Shown here one piece after another: positions 25,801 to 38,305 of a stretch of 64,000 bases of DNA. The position numbers and the translations under genes were made by a program. A model generated the notes under the pieces. It searched no databases and was not told the DNA's origin. It worked only from the letters and a program-made list of their open reading frames with translations. Origin of the DNA: Antedon mediterranea (Eukaryota > Animalia > Echinodermata); NCBI RefSeq assembly GCF_964355755.1, contig NC_092678.1, positions 16,473,881 to 16,537,880 on the forward strand, given 5' to 3'. The stretch's first letter is position 1. Every line of letters begins with the position of its first letter.

Positions 25801-28800
25801 ATTAATGCCTTGAAATTTATGAGTACCCAATTTTATTTAATTGTGATTCATGCTGGTGAAGATATGATTACAAACGTGATTTCGTTAAATCGTGTGTAGA
25901 CCGCGTAATTTTTGATTGCGCACCGTGAAAACATAACCACATCCTTTCCTGGCCATAAGGAATATACTGTGAAAAATTGACATAGCTAGATGAAAGTGAT
26001 ATCAAGACAAAGCCATATACACGTTAGTGTTTACCGACCGACCGACATAGTTAACTGTAGATTCGAGTTGCACGCGACTAAAAAAGAAACTTCATCTCAA
26101 AAAATTTATGTTAAAATGTATTTAGAAGGGATTAGTTGGTACCAATAATTTCACTTTTAAAGAATATGTGTAACATCCATAGCACTTATCAACCACCGCC
26201 ATGCCTAATTATTATAGGTACGTGGATGACAATATTTCCTTTAATTTTGCTGTTGTACCTTTTTATATCTGTATTTTATACTATTTTTTTATATACCTGT
26301 AGTTTTATATCATTTTTACACTACATACTGTATATTTTTATATAACTTTTAAAACTTATTCTAAGATGTGTTTATGCTGTTTTAAGCATTGAGGAAGAAT
26401 TTCAAATTATACATTTTTTGACAATAAAGTTATCTTGTATCTTGTATGAGAATAGACATAGCTTAAATATCAGCCATAATACTTAAAGCATAATATGTTT
26501 TTTTTTTCATTAAGCTCTGCAGGCTCAAAAGTTGGTACAAATTTATTTTCTAGGTCTGACTATAGTCTACACAGTGACTCATGTTGCAGGTATAAATAAG
26601 TAACGTAGCCCGAAATGATCATATTGTTTATAGTAAGCGACTTTATGTACAGGCATCAATAATCAGAATTAGAATACTTACTAATAGTCTACATATATTA
26701 CATACGGTAGTACTATTATATAACTTACATGCATTCATGGTCATACAGTAACTTACCGGGAACAGCTAAAACAAGTCCGGTTGCGTCTGGTGTACTTGTT
26801 ACTAACACGGTCCTTGTACTCAAGTCATTTAACTTCGCTCGCTCTATCCTATCTTTTTCTGTATCAGTCCAGTACAGGTATCTAAGTATAAGTATAATCT
26901 ATGTTACTACATTAACGTTCTGTTACAAGTAGTTCACATCCCTTCCACGGATAAAAAATATATTGAAACTTACGAAATTACTGAAGCAGATAAGTGATTT
27001 ACGAATATGTGAAAAGAAATGTTAATAAATCTTTATTACTTCCTTTATTGAGTGATATTAATGTAATATTATTACGTTTTTGCTTACAAATCAAAAAGTA
27101 AAAATTAATGGATGGAATGTGAAGTTCATAATTGATCTTCCTCCAACGTGAAAAGAGGTTTACTGTGTAAAGAAGGTGACATTACCCGTTAGATATAGCA
27201 AACGTTACTAATAAGAATTGTTCTGTACGTTCAATCCAGATGTGTTACCTTAATGCTGCCAGTCTTTCACTAATTTAAATTATGTTACAAGTGGCAGGAG
27301 CGGATGTAGGATTTTGATAAAGAGGGGGCCCCAGGAAAAATATTTTTCTAGACGCCCGGAGATAGCATCTGAGGCGTTTTGGCCAGTCGATTCTTGTCAT
27401 ATAATTATCTGAATATAGTGGGTTTTATAGACCATATTTAATATAGGCCTTTTTTGGCGCCAATAGCCTAAAGCCTGTTTTCCCGTCGACGAAGCGTTAC
27501 GACTAGGACTTGCATTAAATTTTCAAATCGTTAAAGTTGAGAATATATTAACCATAACGATGATCGAGCCGGACCGCAAGTTTTTGCGCGATCGTTAATT
27601 TTTCTTGGTTTTTTCGATGTTGCTGTACACATGGACGTGAAGTTTAGCAAAGCCAATGCCATTCACGCGCAGCCAGCCGGGCCCGTGTGAAAATTGAAAA
27701 TGTTGACGGGTTTTGATGCTTCAACCCAGCCGGCGCATAAGACATGATTTCGCTGATATATTTATCTCGGCTTTACACTAAGACAAACCTTAAATAAAAT
27801 TATTTTAATTATATTAAAACTTAGTTTTACACTTGTTATTTTGAAATATCAGACTTTAAAAGTGTACAAAAAACATCGTCGCCTTGTAAAAAAGCAAGAA
27901 TTGTCAGCGCGTACGTATTTTTTCACAAACTATGATAACGTAATTTATGAACTAGGCCTATTTGATTGGTCAGTCAGTTCAATTTAAAAAGAAAATTGAA
28001 GGTTTTAACGATTTTTAATGTTGATTTCCTGTAAAATCGTTGATAAAATCGTATGTAAATGGGTGCATAATATATATATATAAATGGGTGCATGATATAT
28101 ATATATATATATATCTCTTCCAAGCTACCTTCTTTGTTTTCCACTCTTATTCAGACTCCACCCTGGCTCCCTTTGTTATATTTCTTTTATTCCTGTCCAC
28201 CCAGGCAGCACTTGCCAGCTTTATACTATGACGTTATCCAAATTCCTTCACTTGCACTGATGAAGGGCAAGTGTTGCCCGAAAGCTCTGCTAACTTTTCT
28301 GGCTGTTTACTTTATCGTTTTGATTTAGCTTTTCGCTTTTTATTTTTGTATCTCCATTGAGATCCAGCCACTGATACCCACAGCATTGTCATTTTATATA
28401 TATATATATATAAATCCAAAGGCAAATTACTGAAAAAAATTACAATGCTGTGGGTATCAGTGGCTGGATCTCAATGGAGATACAAAAATAAAAAGCTAAA
28501 TCAAAACGATAAAGTAAACAGCCAGAAAAGTTAGCAGAGCTTTCGGGGAAAAATAGCCCTTCATCAGTGCAAGTGTAGGAATTTGGATAACGTCAGAGTA
28601 TAAAGCTGGCAAGTGCTGCCTGGGTGGACAGGAATAAAAGAAATATAACAAAGGAAGCCAGGGTGGAGTTTGAATAAGAGTGGAAAACAAAGAAGGTAGC
28701 TTGGTAGAGATATAAACAATTTTGGAATGAGACTAAAAAACAGCTTAAATGGTAGTTAATATTGAAACTTAAATTTTGGTAGTCAATGGAATAATTTTAC

Positions 28801-29663
28801 CGATCTGGGAGTATGTTCCTAATGTTAAGTCCAAAAGGTTTTGTAGTTTTAAGTAGTAATTCCCAGTGGTTTTCTTTGTCTTTGCGAGTTTTGTCGCTCC
28901 ATTTGACATCGTGGTCTATTGCAATAACTCTGAAATTTGCAATCGAGTGACCAGCTGAATTAAAATGTTCGGCTACAGGTTGATCAAGCTTTAATGTTTT
29001 GATAGCTGATCTATGTTGTGTCATTCTCATACGGAGAGTTTTTTTTTGTTTCTCCGACGTACTGTTTGCCACAAATATTACAGTATATGAGATAAATGAC
29101 GTTTTTGGTTAGACAATTAATTGATTGTCTTATCCGAAAAATGCGGCCAGTTTGTTCGCTCTCAAATTTTTCAGTAGAATCAACCAATGAACAAGATTTG
29201 CCGCAAAGGTGACTGCCCAAATTTTGGCTGTCATGAGAGTTAATTTCACTCTTAAATTTGGATCTGACTAATATATCACGAAGGTTGGGAGGTCTACGAA
29301 ATGCAATAATGGGTGGTTCCGGAAAAACAGTCCTGAGACGTTCTGTGGACTGTAGAATGGGCATATGTTTCTCAATAATAGCCCGTAATGGAGGCAACCT
29401 AGGGTGGTAGGTTGTGAGCAATGGCACTCTGGTCGATTTTTTTGGCTGACGTGGTTTGTACGTCAGTGTTTGACATCGAGGAATATCTTTTGCTTTCTTT
29501 ATAGCAGTTTCGATGTATTCCTTCTTGTAATTTCTGTTCCGGAGATGTCCGGTTAGTTCTTCGGTACGATTCTGAAAATCTAAACCTGAAGAACAGATAC
29601 GTCTGATACGTAATGCTTGACTGTACGGTATGTTTTTAGTACAGTGTCGGGGGTGACAACTGC

Positions 29664-29696
<33 letters not shown>

Positions 29697-32600
29697 TACA
29701 AAGGGGGGGGGGGAGGGTAAGTATAATCTGTAATACAGTGTAATATATGTATAACATGTGACACTTGCATAAGCCTACCCTAACTTTAACCATAGCATAG
29801 TACAGACGACATGTGAAACATGTGGCAATATATTTATAGAATTGGCCTATACTGGACAGATTTTAGAAACTACTAAAACTGAGATATTATGAATGAAATT
29901 CAATCCATTGAATGTTTTAAACGTAAAGGCAATCATTCTTTTTTAAACGTTCTTATTATCAAATTTTAACGAATTTAAATGTATGGTTTAGATGCATTAA
30001 TAAGAATATACAGTTCATCTCCTTTGGATGAGTAAAAAAAATAGATAGATGTACGTTGAGAGAGACATACCCGTTAGCTGTATCTATCTCAATTGCATAT
30101 GGATTTCCTAATCCTGTGTCAAACAGAACTGTTCTGCTTGTTCCATCCAGATTGATAACTTCAATTCGGTCTTCGCCATAATCTGTCCAATAAAGTTTTT
30201 TTCCATCTCCATCAACGGCTAAATCAAGCACATCTTAAATAATGATGACAATTAAACAATTACTGCAATCCCAACCTATGAAATTTACTTTATATGCTAA
30301 AGACTAAAACTGTTTTAACCCATTTCAAATGATGCTCAACCGACTACTAGGGTTATGTATTATATTATACTAAACTTTAGCACGACGACGAAAACGTTTA
30401 CTTTGACGGTGACGTCAAACTACTCATTTGCATAACAGTGTAGTTCATAATTCAGCGAACAGTTGCGTTTTAACGTACTTGTTTGTAAATTTGCTTTGAA
30501 CGTAACGCATACCAAGCTAGCTAGGCATTTGAACTTGCATAATTAGCTGAGAAATAGCATAGCGATGAACAAATTTTATTTTTTGACTTAATTATAAACA
30601 TGACTTTAAATTTACCATGTCGTTTTTTTAATTATTCTGCAGAAAAGTAATGATCTTCCATGTTTCGATACCTTTGGTTAACGTTTTTCACGTCGGTATT
30701 TTTCAGAAATAAGGTTATCGACGCAATTAACTATATTTTTTCTTAATGCTTGCTCACGTAGACAGAAAAAAGTATGTTTATATAATCATATATAAATGAA
30801 TAAAAATACTTTAAGATGAGGGCGTATCAATTTGATCTCTGGTGCGCGTGCGTACAACTGAGGACTAGTGTTGTTCCGCCGTACCACGCCGAGAATGTTA
30901 AATAGTTGCTATCCAATCGAGTTCGAACAATACCATGAAAGCCCCAGTGGTCTAATGGTTAGGACATCTGCATATCAAGCAGGCGGTCCGAGTTCGAGTC
31001 TCAGTTGGGGCGACTTTTTCTTTATTCTCACAAATTTCCTCATCTTTATCGTTTCAAATTAATTAATTAAATTTCAGTATATCACCGGGTGGTTTAGAAT
31101 TAATGTTCTTGGCCTGATTTGTTTATATATATAAAAGTATCTCTTCGGAGATCCCGCCTCGTGAATAAAAATACTGTAAGATGAGGGCGTATCAATTTGA
31201 TCTCTGTTGCGCGTGCGTACAACTGAGGACTAGTGCTATTCCGCAGTACCGCGCCGAGAATGTTAAAGAGTCGCTATCCAATCGAGTTCGAACAATACCA
31301 TGAAAGCCCCAGTGGTCTAATGGTTAGGACATCTGCATATCAACCAGGCGGTCCGAGTTCGAGTCTCGGTTGGGGCTTTTTCTCATTCTCACAGATTTCC
31401 TCATCTTTATCGTTTCAAATTAATTAATTAAATTTCAGTATATCACCGGGCGGTTTCGAATTAATATTCATTGCCTAATGTGTTTATATATATAAAAAGT
31501 ATCTCTTATATATAATTTAAGGCGTATCTTGAAAAAGCAAGGCAGTATAATAATTGATCCGTACGATATTATTTTTAAATGAAAAGGTGGACATTTTAAT
31601 GAGGGGAACATTATAATTAGAAGTTAGTGCGTTCGGTAGGTCTAAACAAAATTTCTTTTATAATTATTGTAGTTCAACAAAGGCCGATACTATTTTAGAT
31701 TATAAATTTCAAGAATCTCTTTTGCAGATTTATGTACTAACAAGTTATAGTGGGATTCCTTAGATATTAGTGAGTGACATTGCAAGAGATAGCTTGGGTT
31801 TTACAAGAACATTGATCCTATTGCAGTAAAGTAGTAATTAGATTTCGTGGCAATTTATTTAAAAATAATTAGATAATGTCTTTATTTTTAGATATATTGA
31901 TTGTATTCCATGTTGTTTTTAATAGTTACTTTTACTGTTTATGTTTATGATATTCATAATAATCTTGTTTCTGTAGGTTTTATTATTAATTATGTTCGGT
32001 GTTTTGATTTTGTTTTTGATTTCTAGTATTTATTGATTATATTATACCCTTTATTATCCCAGGTTTTTTAGTTCTTGTATGCAGAGGAGGAAACGACAAA
32101 AGAAAGATTTTTTTTGCGAAAGCGGGAAATAAAAGATTTTCCTATACAAATTATAAATATGCTGTAAAATGGTTTAATTTCTGCTACGCATTTGGACGAG
32201 GCGCTATCTTTCCTAACCTTTACATCTGTTATCAACGCTTACAGAAATCTTTAGATTCAGAAATCCTAAATCCGATCGATCCCGTTATCTACAATTTCTG
32301 AAAAATCAGACGAATTGATAAATGGTGCTTATACTATAACATCCTTTGCAAAAAGAGGTTAAACGTAAATGTCCTAACGACATTATGTTACTTTAGTAGC
32401 CTCAAACATTTAATTATGATTATTAATTAGGCCTAAACAACAGCGTTTAGTTCAACAACGTTTGGTTCAACCTTGAAATAGTTCTGAAGAGTTGGTCTAT
32501 TTGGACTACATGATGATGATGATGATGATACACTTTCTACCAAATAATTAGGCATATTCTTAAAAAGTAAATTAACATAACAAAAATACATTTCTTTTGC

Positions 32601-35392
32601 ATACACTGTTAGAATTAAAAGTTAATGAAATTCAAACAAATGCTCTAAAAATACATGATGCTTATTTTTCCTAATAAAATATGTAAAAATGAATAGAATA
32701 TTACTAGCAGTTGATCCCAAAGACACAAACACTTCATGTTGGCTAGTGACAAGTGAAAACCGTTCAATGGTGTCCTTGGTTACATCAGACCAATACAGTG
32801 TTGATCTGCTAATGTCATAATCGAGAGAGATAGGTTGGGTTAATCCGACATTAATAACTGCTTCAAAAATTAAACTTGCGTTGTCACTGGAACTAATGTT
32901 GGTCATATATATTCCAGGAGGCCCCAAGGAATTCACCACAAACATAACATCACCTGTATTATTAAAATATATAAAAAAAATGTTTACTTGAATATAGCAC
33001 CTAAATAAACAATAAGAATAATAATATACATTTACACACTAATTATTATTCTATGAAACATTAATTATTGGGATAAAATTCTTTGCTGAATCATAAATAA
33101 ATGCATGCGCAAATCAAATACAATACCTATGCACAAAAACAAAAGCGATTTTGCAAAGTTCCTAAGGACTAAATCTACTTCAAGAGGCGACTTAAATGTA
33201 CCTAAAGTAACATTGGGATGATGTTTCCCTCGTTCTTGTTGTTTTAAACGAGTCTTTCAATTCCTTTAAATTTAAATTTTAAAAATATATTGTATAGTAT
33301 TTTTTTTATTGAATGTTATATTGTATAGAGTTAAGTATAATAGATGTTTATATTATTTAATTGCCTCCGGATACTAGTTGGCCTGCGGATTCAGCTAGAA
33401 GGGTTACCCTCTCTAACTAAAGTGAAAATATATAAATAAAAGGAAAAACATCAAGGCCGATCTCTAGGAAATTATTAAAAGCATTCACTCCACAGTTATA
33501 TTATCAGATTTCTTGTAACCATTGTTCAGTCCCACTATCACAATATTAAAACAAAAAGCCACTCCGAGAGTGCATATCTCCGGCTACTGTAAAAATCTCC
33601 TACATAAGATTATGTAAATACATAATATAAAAATAACGCTTAAAAAAGAAGGACGTTTCGACTCTATCGTGGTCATTATCAAGTCCAATGAATAAAATTT
33701 AAAACAACAACTAATTAAATAGCACAAGCCAAGGGTCAAAGTTTAAATAACAAAAGACCTATTGTCTAACATCCTGTTAAATGAAAAGCTTAGCTTTTAC
33801 AGAGTCACTTTGTTTATTCAGACTAGGTTTTAATTGTCTGAAATACAACATTTCTTAGATAAGGCAGTCAAATTTGTTTTTGCATTTTCTAAGTATACTA
33901 AAACATGAATTAATTTTGCTGTCATAACGTGATTGTTAATCCAAGTGTTTTAGTATACTTAGAAAATGCAAAAACAAATTCATTCATTGGACTTGATAAT
34001 GAACACATGATGGAGTCGAAACGTCGTTCTTTTCTGAGCGTTATTTTTATATTATGTATTTACAATAAACGTACCCTCATTCATAAGATTATGAGAATGG
34101 GAATATATGTGTGTGTGTCTTAATGCTGGGCGTGATTTAGTCTAATTTCACTACAAGCATGTGTATGCGAATTTGGTGTAATAGTTATGTAACAAGCCTT
34201 TCAACTAGTATCAGTTGACTAACAATAGAACAGCATCGCCAAAAACAAACGGGTGAATTTTAAAAGAAATAAGTTTTTTTTAAATTACTCGTATAAAAAA
34301 CACAAATTATGTTTAAAGTTAAAATCAAAAATTATAACTCTTGCCTCTTGTACAAAAAAGAAGTTTTTTGGACAAGTAGTTCGTGAGAAAATGCAATTTC
34401 AGTTTACTTGTAACTTTAAAACTGCTTTTGACAAATTCTGTCCTATCTTTTAACACTAGCAGGTCTGAAAAGTATACTGAAAAGTGGTCCAGAATTGGGA
34501 CCGTGGTCCCAAAATTTAATGGAATGGTCCTTGACCACATATCTATCTGTATTTCCATATTGGTAAAGATCTTGTAATTACTTTTTTAGTAATACAGGTA
34601 ACCTCCTTGGCGGAGGTAAAAAATAACTCTAGTTACGCCTTAAGTGTCTTTCACACTTGAAAATTACCTCTCAATATTTCGTTTTCACGACGAGCCTTGT
34701 GGTAGATGTAACTGCTTCAGGAAAAAATATTTAATATCATAATAGTTACCGATATATTTGTTTAATTAACCGTCATCAGTGTGTGAACGAATAACAAGAA
34801 CAAGGACATTTTAAGTTCAATGTTGTAAATAAATTGTGATTATTAAAAATGTTTAATAATGTTATAATATTCAATTCCGGAAAACATTGTTTAAAATAAT
34901 AACAGTAACGAAGTAATTCATATTAAATTCGTACAATACACAGTAACCTACTTTGAAGAGCATAAACATCAAGGTTATTTAGACCAAACGTCTTTGAATT
35001 AACTTTTTAAAATTCTTAAAAAGTGTAGGTCCTATTATAGCAAAATATAAGGGAATAATGAAAAAAACGAGGTAATACGGAATACAAAGATTTAAAAATG
35101 TTATTGATGAAGTTTATCAAATTGTGATGACATTAAGAATTAACAATAATGTGATAAATGATTGTGATTTTTTGTGATGACATGAAAGATAATAATGAAT
35201 GTGAATAAAAGTGGTGTTTACGCCACAAAAGAGAACAAAAAATCACATCACATTTCTTCCTAAGGAAGCAGTTAGTCGGAGATACCCTTTACATTTACAG
35301 CATTGGTAAATACTAAAATATATTATTAACATACCTTTATTTAAGTGTAGAAGTACAGAAAGAAAAAAAGAGACGAATTTCAAACAGGCCAT
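15236..35392 (-). CDS. Paralogue B (complete, 17 exons, 1095 aa): signal peptide + YWTD propeller + beta-rich stalk + C-type lectin domain + Cys-rich module + Asp-box tail ending CC
   Basis: join(35335-35392, 32705-32953, 30071-30233, 26757-26881, 24966-25211, 23742-23887, 22672-22740, 22229-22343, 20995-21676, 19966-20155, 19064-19268, 18407-18618, 18007-18229, 17424-17612, 16297-16449, 15653-15856, 15236-15294) = 3288 nt. Every intron is GT-AG and every phase is compatible. Starts [20 protein letters not shown] and ends ...[14 protein letters not shown] hallmarks: C-x-x-GY...CYKV...[10 protein letters not shown]...LVMI...EQQFL...YWIGL...FKWTNG...FTKW...EDC...W...DC...AICE. Confidence 0.9.
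16656..17305. mobile_element. Composite insertion: inverted fragment of the tRNA-bearing unit + (TA)n + Penelope pLTR fragment + tRNA-bearing unit
   Basis: 16668-16773 is the reverse complement of the unit's 3' part. (TA)n spans 16779-16837. 16838-16995 matches the pLTR at 28262-28395. The tRNA-like sequence is at 17120-17191. Absent from intron 14 of C. Confidence 0.75.
27295..28070. mobile_element. Nested DNA-transposon remnants in intron 3 of B
   Basis: The insertion starts CAGGAGCGGATGTAGG at the point where A and C continue uninterrupted. Intron 3 is ~0.8 kb in A/C and ~3.2 kb in B. No coding capacity was recognised. Confidence 0.5.
28113..29662 (-). mobile_element. 5'-truncated Penelope-like retroelement (Neptune-type, C-terminal GIY-YIG endonuclease) with inverted pseudo-LTR
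   Basis: Minus-strand [28 protein letters not shown]...[17 protein letters not shown]...C-C...[19 protein letters not shown], then a frameshift in an A-run, then [10 protein letters not shown]...PVAEHFN...GLN. pLTR 28113-28395 is inverted relative to 28411-28710. The element is bounded by (TA)n tracts. Confidence 0.92.
28254..28290 (+). ncRNA. Minimal type I hammerhead ribozyme motif in the Penelope pLTR
   Basis: gca-CTGATGA-a-gggcaa-gtg-ttgccc-GAAA-gc-TC-tgc: conserved core boxes, 6-bp stem II, palindromic AGCT stem III and gca/tgc stem I. An inverted copy lies on - at ~28534-28570. Confidence 0.75.
30800..31515 (+). repeat. Two tandem ~365-bp units each carrying a tRNA-like gene (30941-31012, 31306-31376), inserted at a (TA)n site
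   Basis: The period is 365 bp. A has an uninterrupted tatgttatatatatatataatttaaggcg at ~3820-3850. Confidence 0.85.
33600..34075 (-). mobile_element. 3' remnant of a second Penelope-like family with inverted terminal repeat, nested in another insertion (33550-34620)
   Basis: Minus strand ~33776-33892 reads [37 protein letters not shown] (GIY-YIG C-terminal LN motif). 33614-33692 is inverted relative to 33980-34062 and contains a degenerate CTTGATAA...GAAACGTC hammerhead-like core. Confidence 0.7.
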
Positions 35393-38305
35393 TTTTTTAA
35401 ACACCTAACTTCACAGTCTGTTAATAAACAATGTTCAATTACGTCGTCAAAAACGAATATGCTGTATATCACACGGTCGCAATATTATAACTAACGCTAT
35501 CTTGTTGCGATTTGTTTAATAATAACGCTATATTATTCTAATTAATTTAATACATATTTAAGACTGACAATAATATACTTTATATTCACATAAACACAAT
35601 AAAATTACTTTTAAGACAAGATTTTATTTTATATTATTTTTATTTAATATATATAGATACATACAGACCATTCATATTGCTTTTCATGAAAATCGCTATA
35701 TCGGTGACGTCATAAAAAAATTATAATAGTCTTTCTTTCATTATCTTCGTGGAAGGAAATGTTTTGCCAAGAGTTAATTTTTATGGCGTTCACTCGACTC
35801 GGATGCATCTTCAACTTTTTTAGCCATGACAGTTTTTATAAAAAATAAAATGTGTACGTGCATGTATGTGTGCATAATAGGAAAATAACAATGAGTTATG
35901 AATTTATTGTTATTTATTTCTAGGTTAAAATAGCAATAACGCATTAATTTCATATTGGCGGACTAATTAGGTACTTTATATGCACATAAACACAACATAA
36001 TTGTACTTTTGATGTTCACTTGACTCGGATGAATATTTAACTTTATTTAGCCACAACAGTTTTTATAAATAATAAAATATGTACGCGCATGAAACGGGAG
36101 AATAATAGGAAAATAACAATGAGTTATGAATTTATTTTGTATTCATTTCTAGGTAAAAAATAGCAATAACGCTAGTATTAAAATTAATTTATATTGTCGG
36201 ACTAATTTAAAAGTGCTTTATATGCACATAAACACAACACAATTGTACTTGTATTTGATAACACAAACAAGTAAACTTTATAGTATTTTATTGTCTTCAA
36301 AAAATACAGAATCAATAACTTAATAAACTTACATTACTGGATAAGTTTAGAGCTTATTTATTAAAGACGTATTGTCTCCCGAAAAAAAAATTCTTATAAA
36401 ATTTTTTGTTGAATATTCCATTTTAATGTCACAATAGTTATTCACTTTGACCAAAAATTGGAGCAAAACAAAAATTATTTACTTTAAAAAAAAATGTAAT
36501 TTAAAGCCAATAAAAAATGGTCAAATTGGCTGCCAGCCAATTTATGGTTGAATTTAACCATTTATTTTGTCATTTTATTAGTGAAAACATTACTTTTTGG
36601 TTTTTTTTTCTAGTACGAAAATGATCAACTTTATTGAAACTACACAATAACCTATTCAAAGTCTGATTTAATTAATCTTCAGATCATTTTTCATGTTTTT
36701 GAGGGACAACAAATCGTTAAGCAGGCCGCTTTTAACACATTTTAGAAGACCAACAAAATATCCTACTGTGTATGTAAGCAATTTGAAAATAATTTGCTAC
36801 GTTAACAAAATTTAATACCAGACTGAATTGAAGGAGTCACGCGACGACGGCCAATTGCTGGTCAATTATACTTTTAGCATTTTACTCAAAATTTTAGGAG
36901 AATGAAAAAAAAACACAAATAAACATATAGATCTAGACTGGATTTGATCATTTATGTCGGTTTAAAAAAAAAATTGTTGTTGAGTATGCCATTTTAATGT
37001 CACATAATAGTTGACAAACTGGATCGAAAAAGATATACATATTTTTCTGAATTTTATTAAAAATTATTCGTTTCTTTTGTCCTTTTATAAGTGAAATAAT
37101 TTTTTTTTTTGAAACTGTAAAATGGCCAATCCAAAGATTTCATTACTCTTTTTTTCATGTTTTGGGAGACAATACATCTTTAACAATATCTTTTTTGTAC
37201 AGATTGTCCCATAAGGCTACAGGATTTTCTTCAACCAGTTTTGCTTTAGCTTCATTCCATGATATCCACCCTAATGTGTCTTCAGATTGATTTGTGTCGA
37301 CTCGGAAACTTACTCGAGAAATACAATTTTCGATACCCAGATCACTGGCCTGAGATGGTATTTCGAATCGACGCGTCGGCATTGGTCAAATCATTTGCAT
37401 TGCACTTGTATACAAACAAAACATTCATATTGATATATTAAAAATCGATATATCGGTGACATTAATATCTTATTATATTCATAAGCTCTGTCAACACTAT
37501 CAAACTAGTTTGACAAAGAAATTCTGATGTGTCCAAATATAGTAGTGATAAGCCCATCATTATAGTAATATGAGATCATCATTTCCATATTTGGGCACAT
37601 CACTTTTTTTGTCACGTAAAGTTTGTTAGTTTAGGTTTGTTACACTGATAACCATTTCGTTCGAATGTTATGCAATATTATACAATATTAAAAACAATAT
37701 ACTTTAGTAAAAACGATATAATGTAATTACAACTGCAAAATACAGTTCAGAATTTGAAAATACGAATTATTAAATTTCAGTATTGCAAATTTGCCTAAGC
37801 CTATATGTTTTTAATCACGTGTAAGTATGTAAATAATTTATCTATAAATATTCGTTATTGATATAACTAGATCTAGGGCGTGTCCACATGGCTGGAATAC
37901 ACATTAATTTCAGCGTATACAAACTGGCGACTTCAAATGTACGTACCACCGGACTATAATACATTGTCGTTTTCAGAAACAAACAAAAAGACACGATGAT
38001 TTATGTAGTCAACTAAAATTAGCACCCTGGAAATTTGGCCTACTTCCGAAAGAGAAACTTGTCATAAAACGAGTCCAAATTTTTTATTTGAACTCATACA
38101 AACCAAATGTGTGTTTTGTATGTAAGGGCCGTTGAGGGATGGGGAAGAGGATGGGTACCAAGAGGCACAATTTTTAAATATATTCTTTATCCACTAAGTA
38201 GCAAAATATTGTGTCAGGTTTTATAGGCCTATAAATAATATACCACTAAATACAGTAAAACATTTTTGTTTAATACTTTGTTTAAAACTGTCACTCTCAT
38301 AGTCG

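Noticed and set aside
30868-31427. Repeated ORF '[26 protein letters not shown]...' as a small protein family
   Set aside because: It starts at GTG, frames differ between copies, and it overlaps the tRNA-like structure. It is a by-product of a non-coding repeat.
15236-35392. Assigning a gene symbol such as LRP4/LRP5/LRP6
   Set aside because: There is only one propeller and no LDL-A, EGF, transmembrane or cytoplasmic motifs. Similarity is domain-level only.
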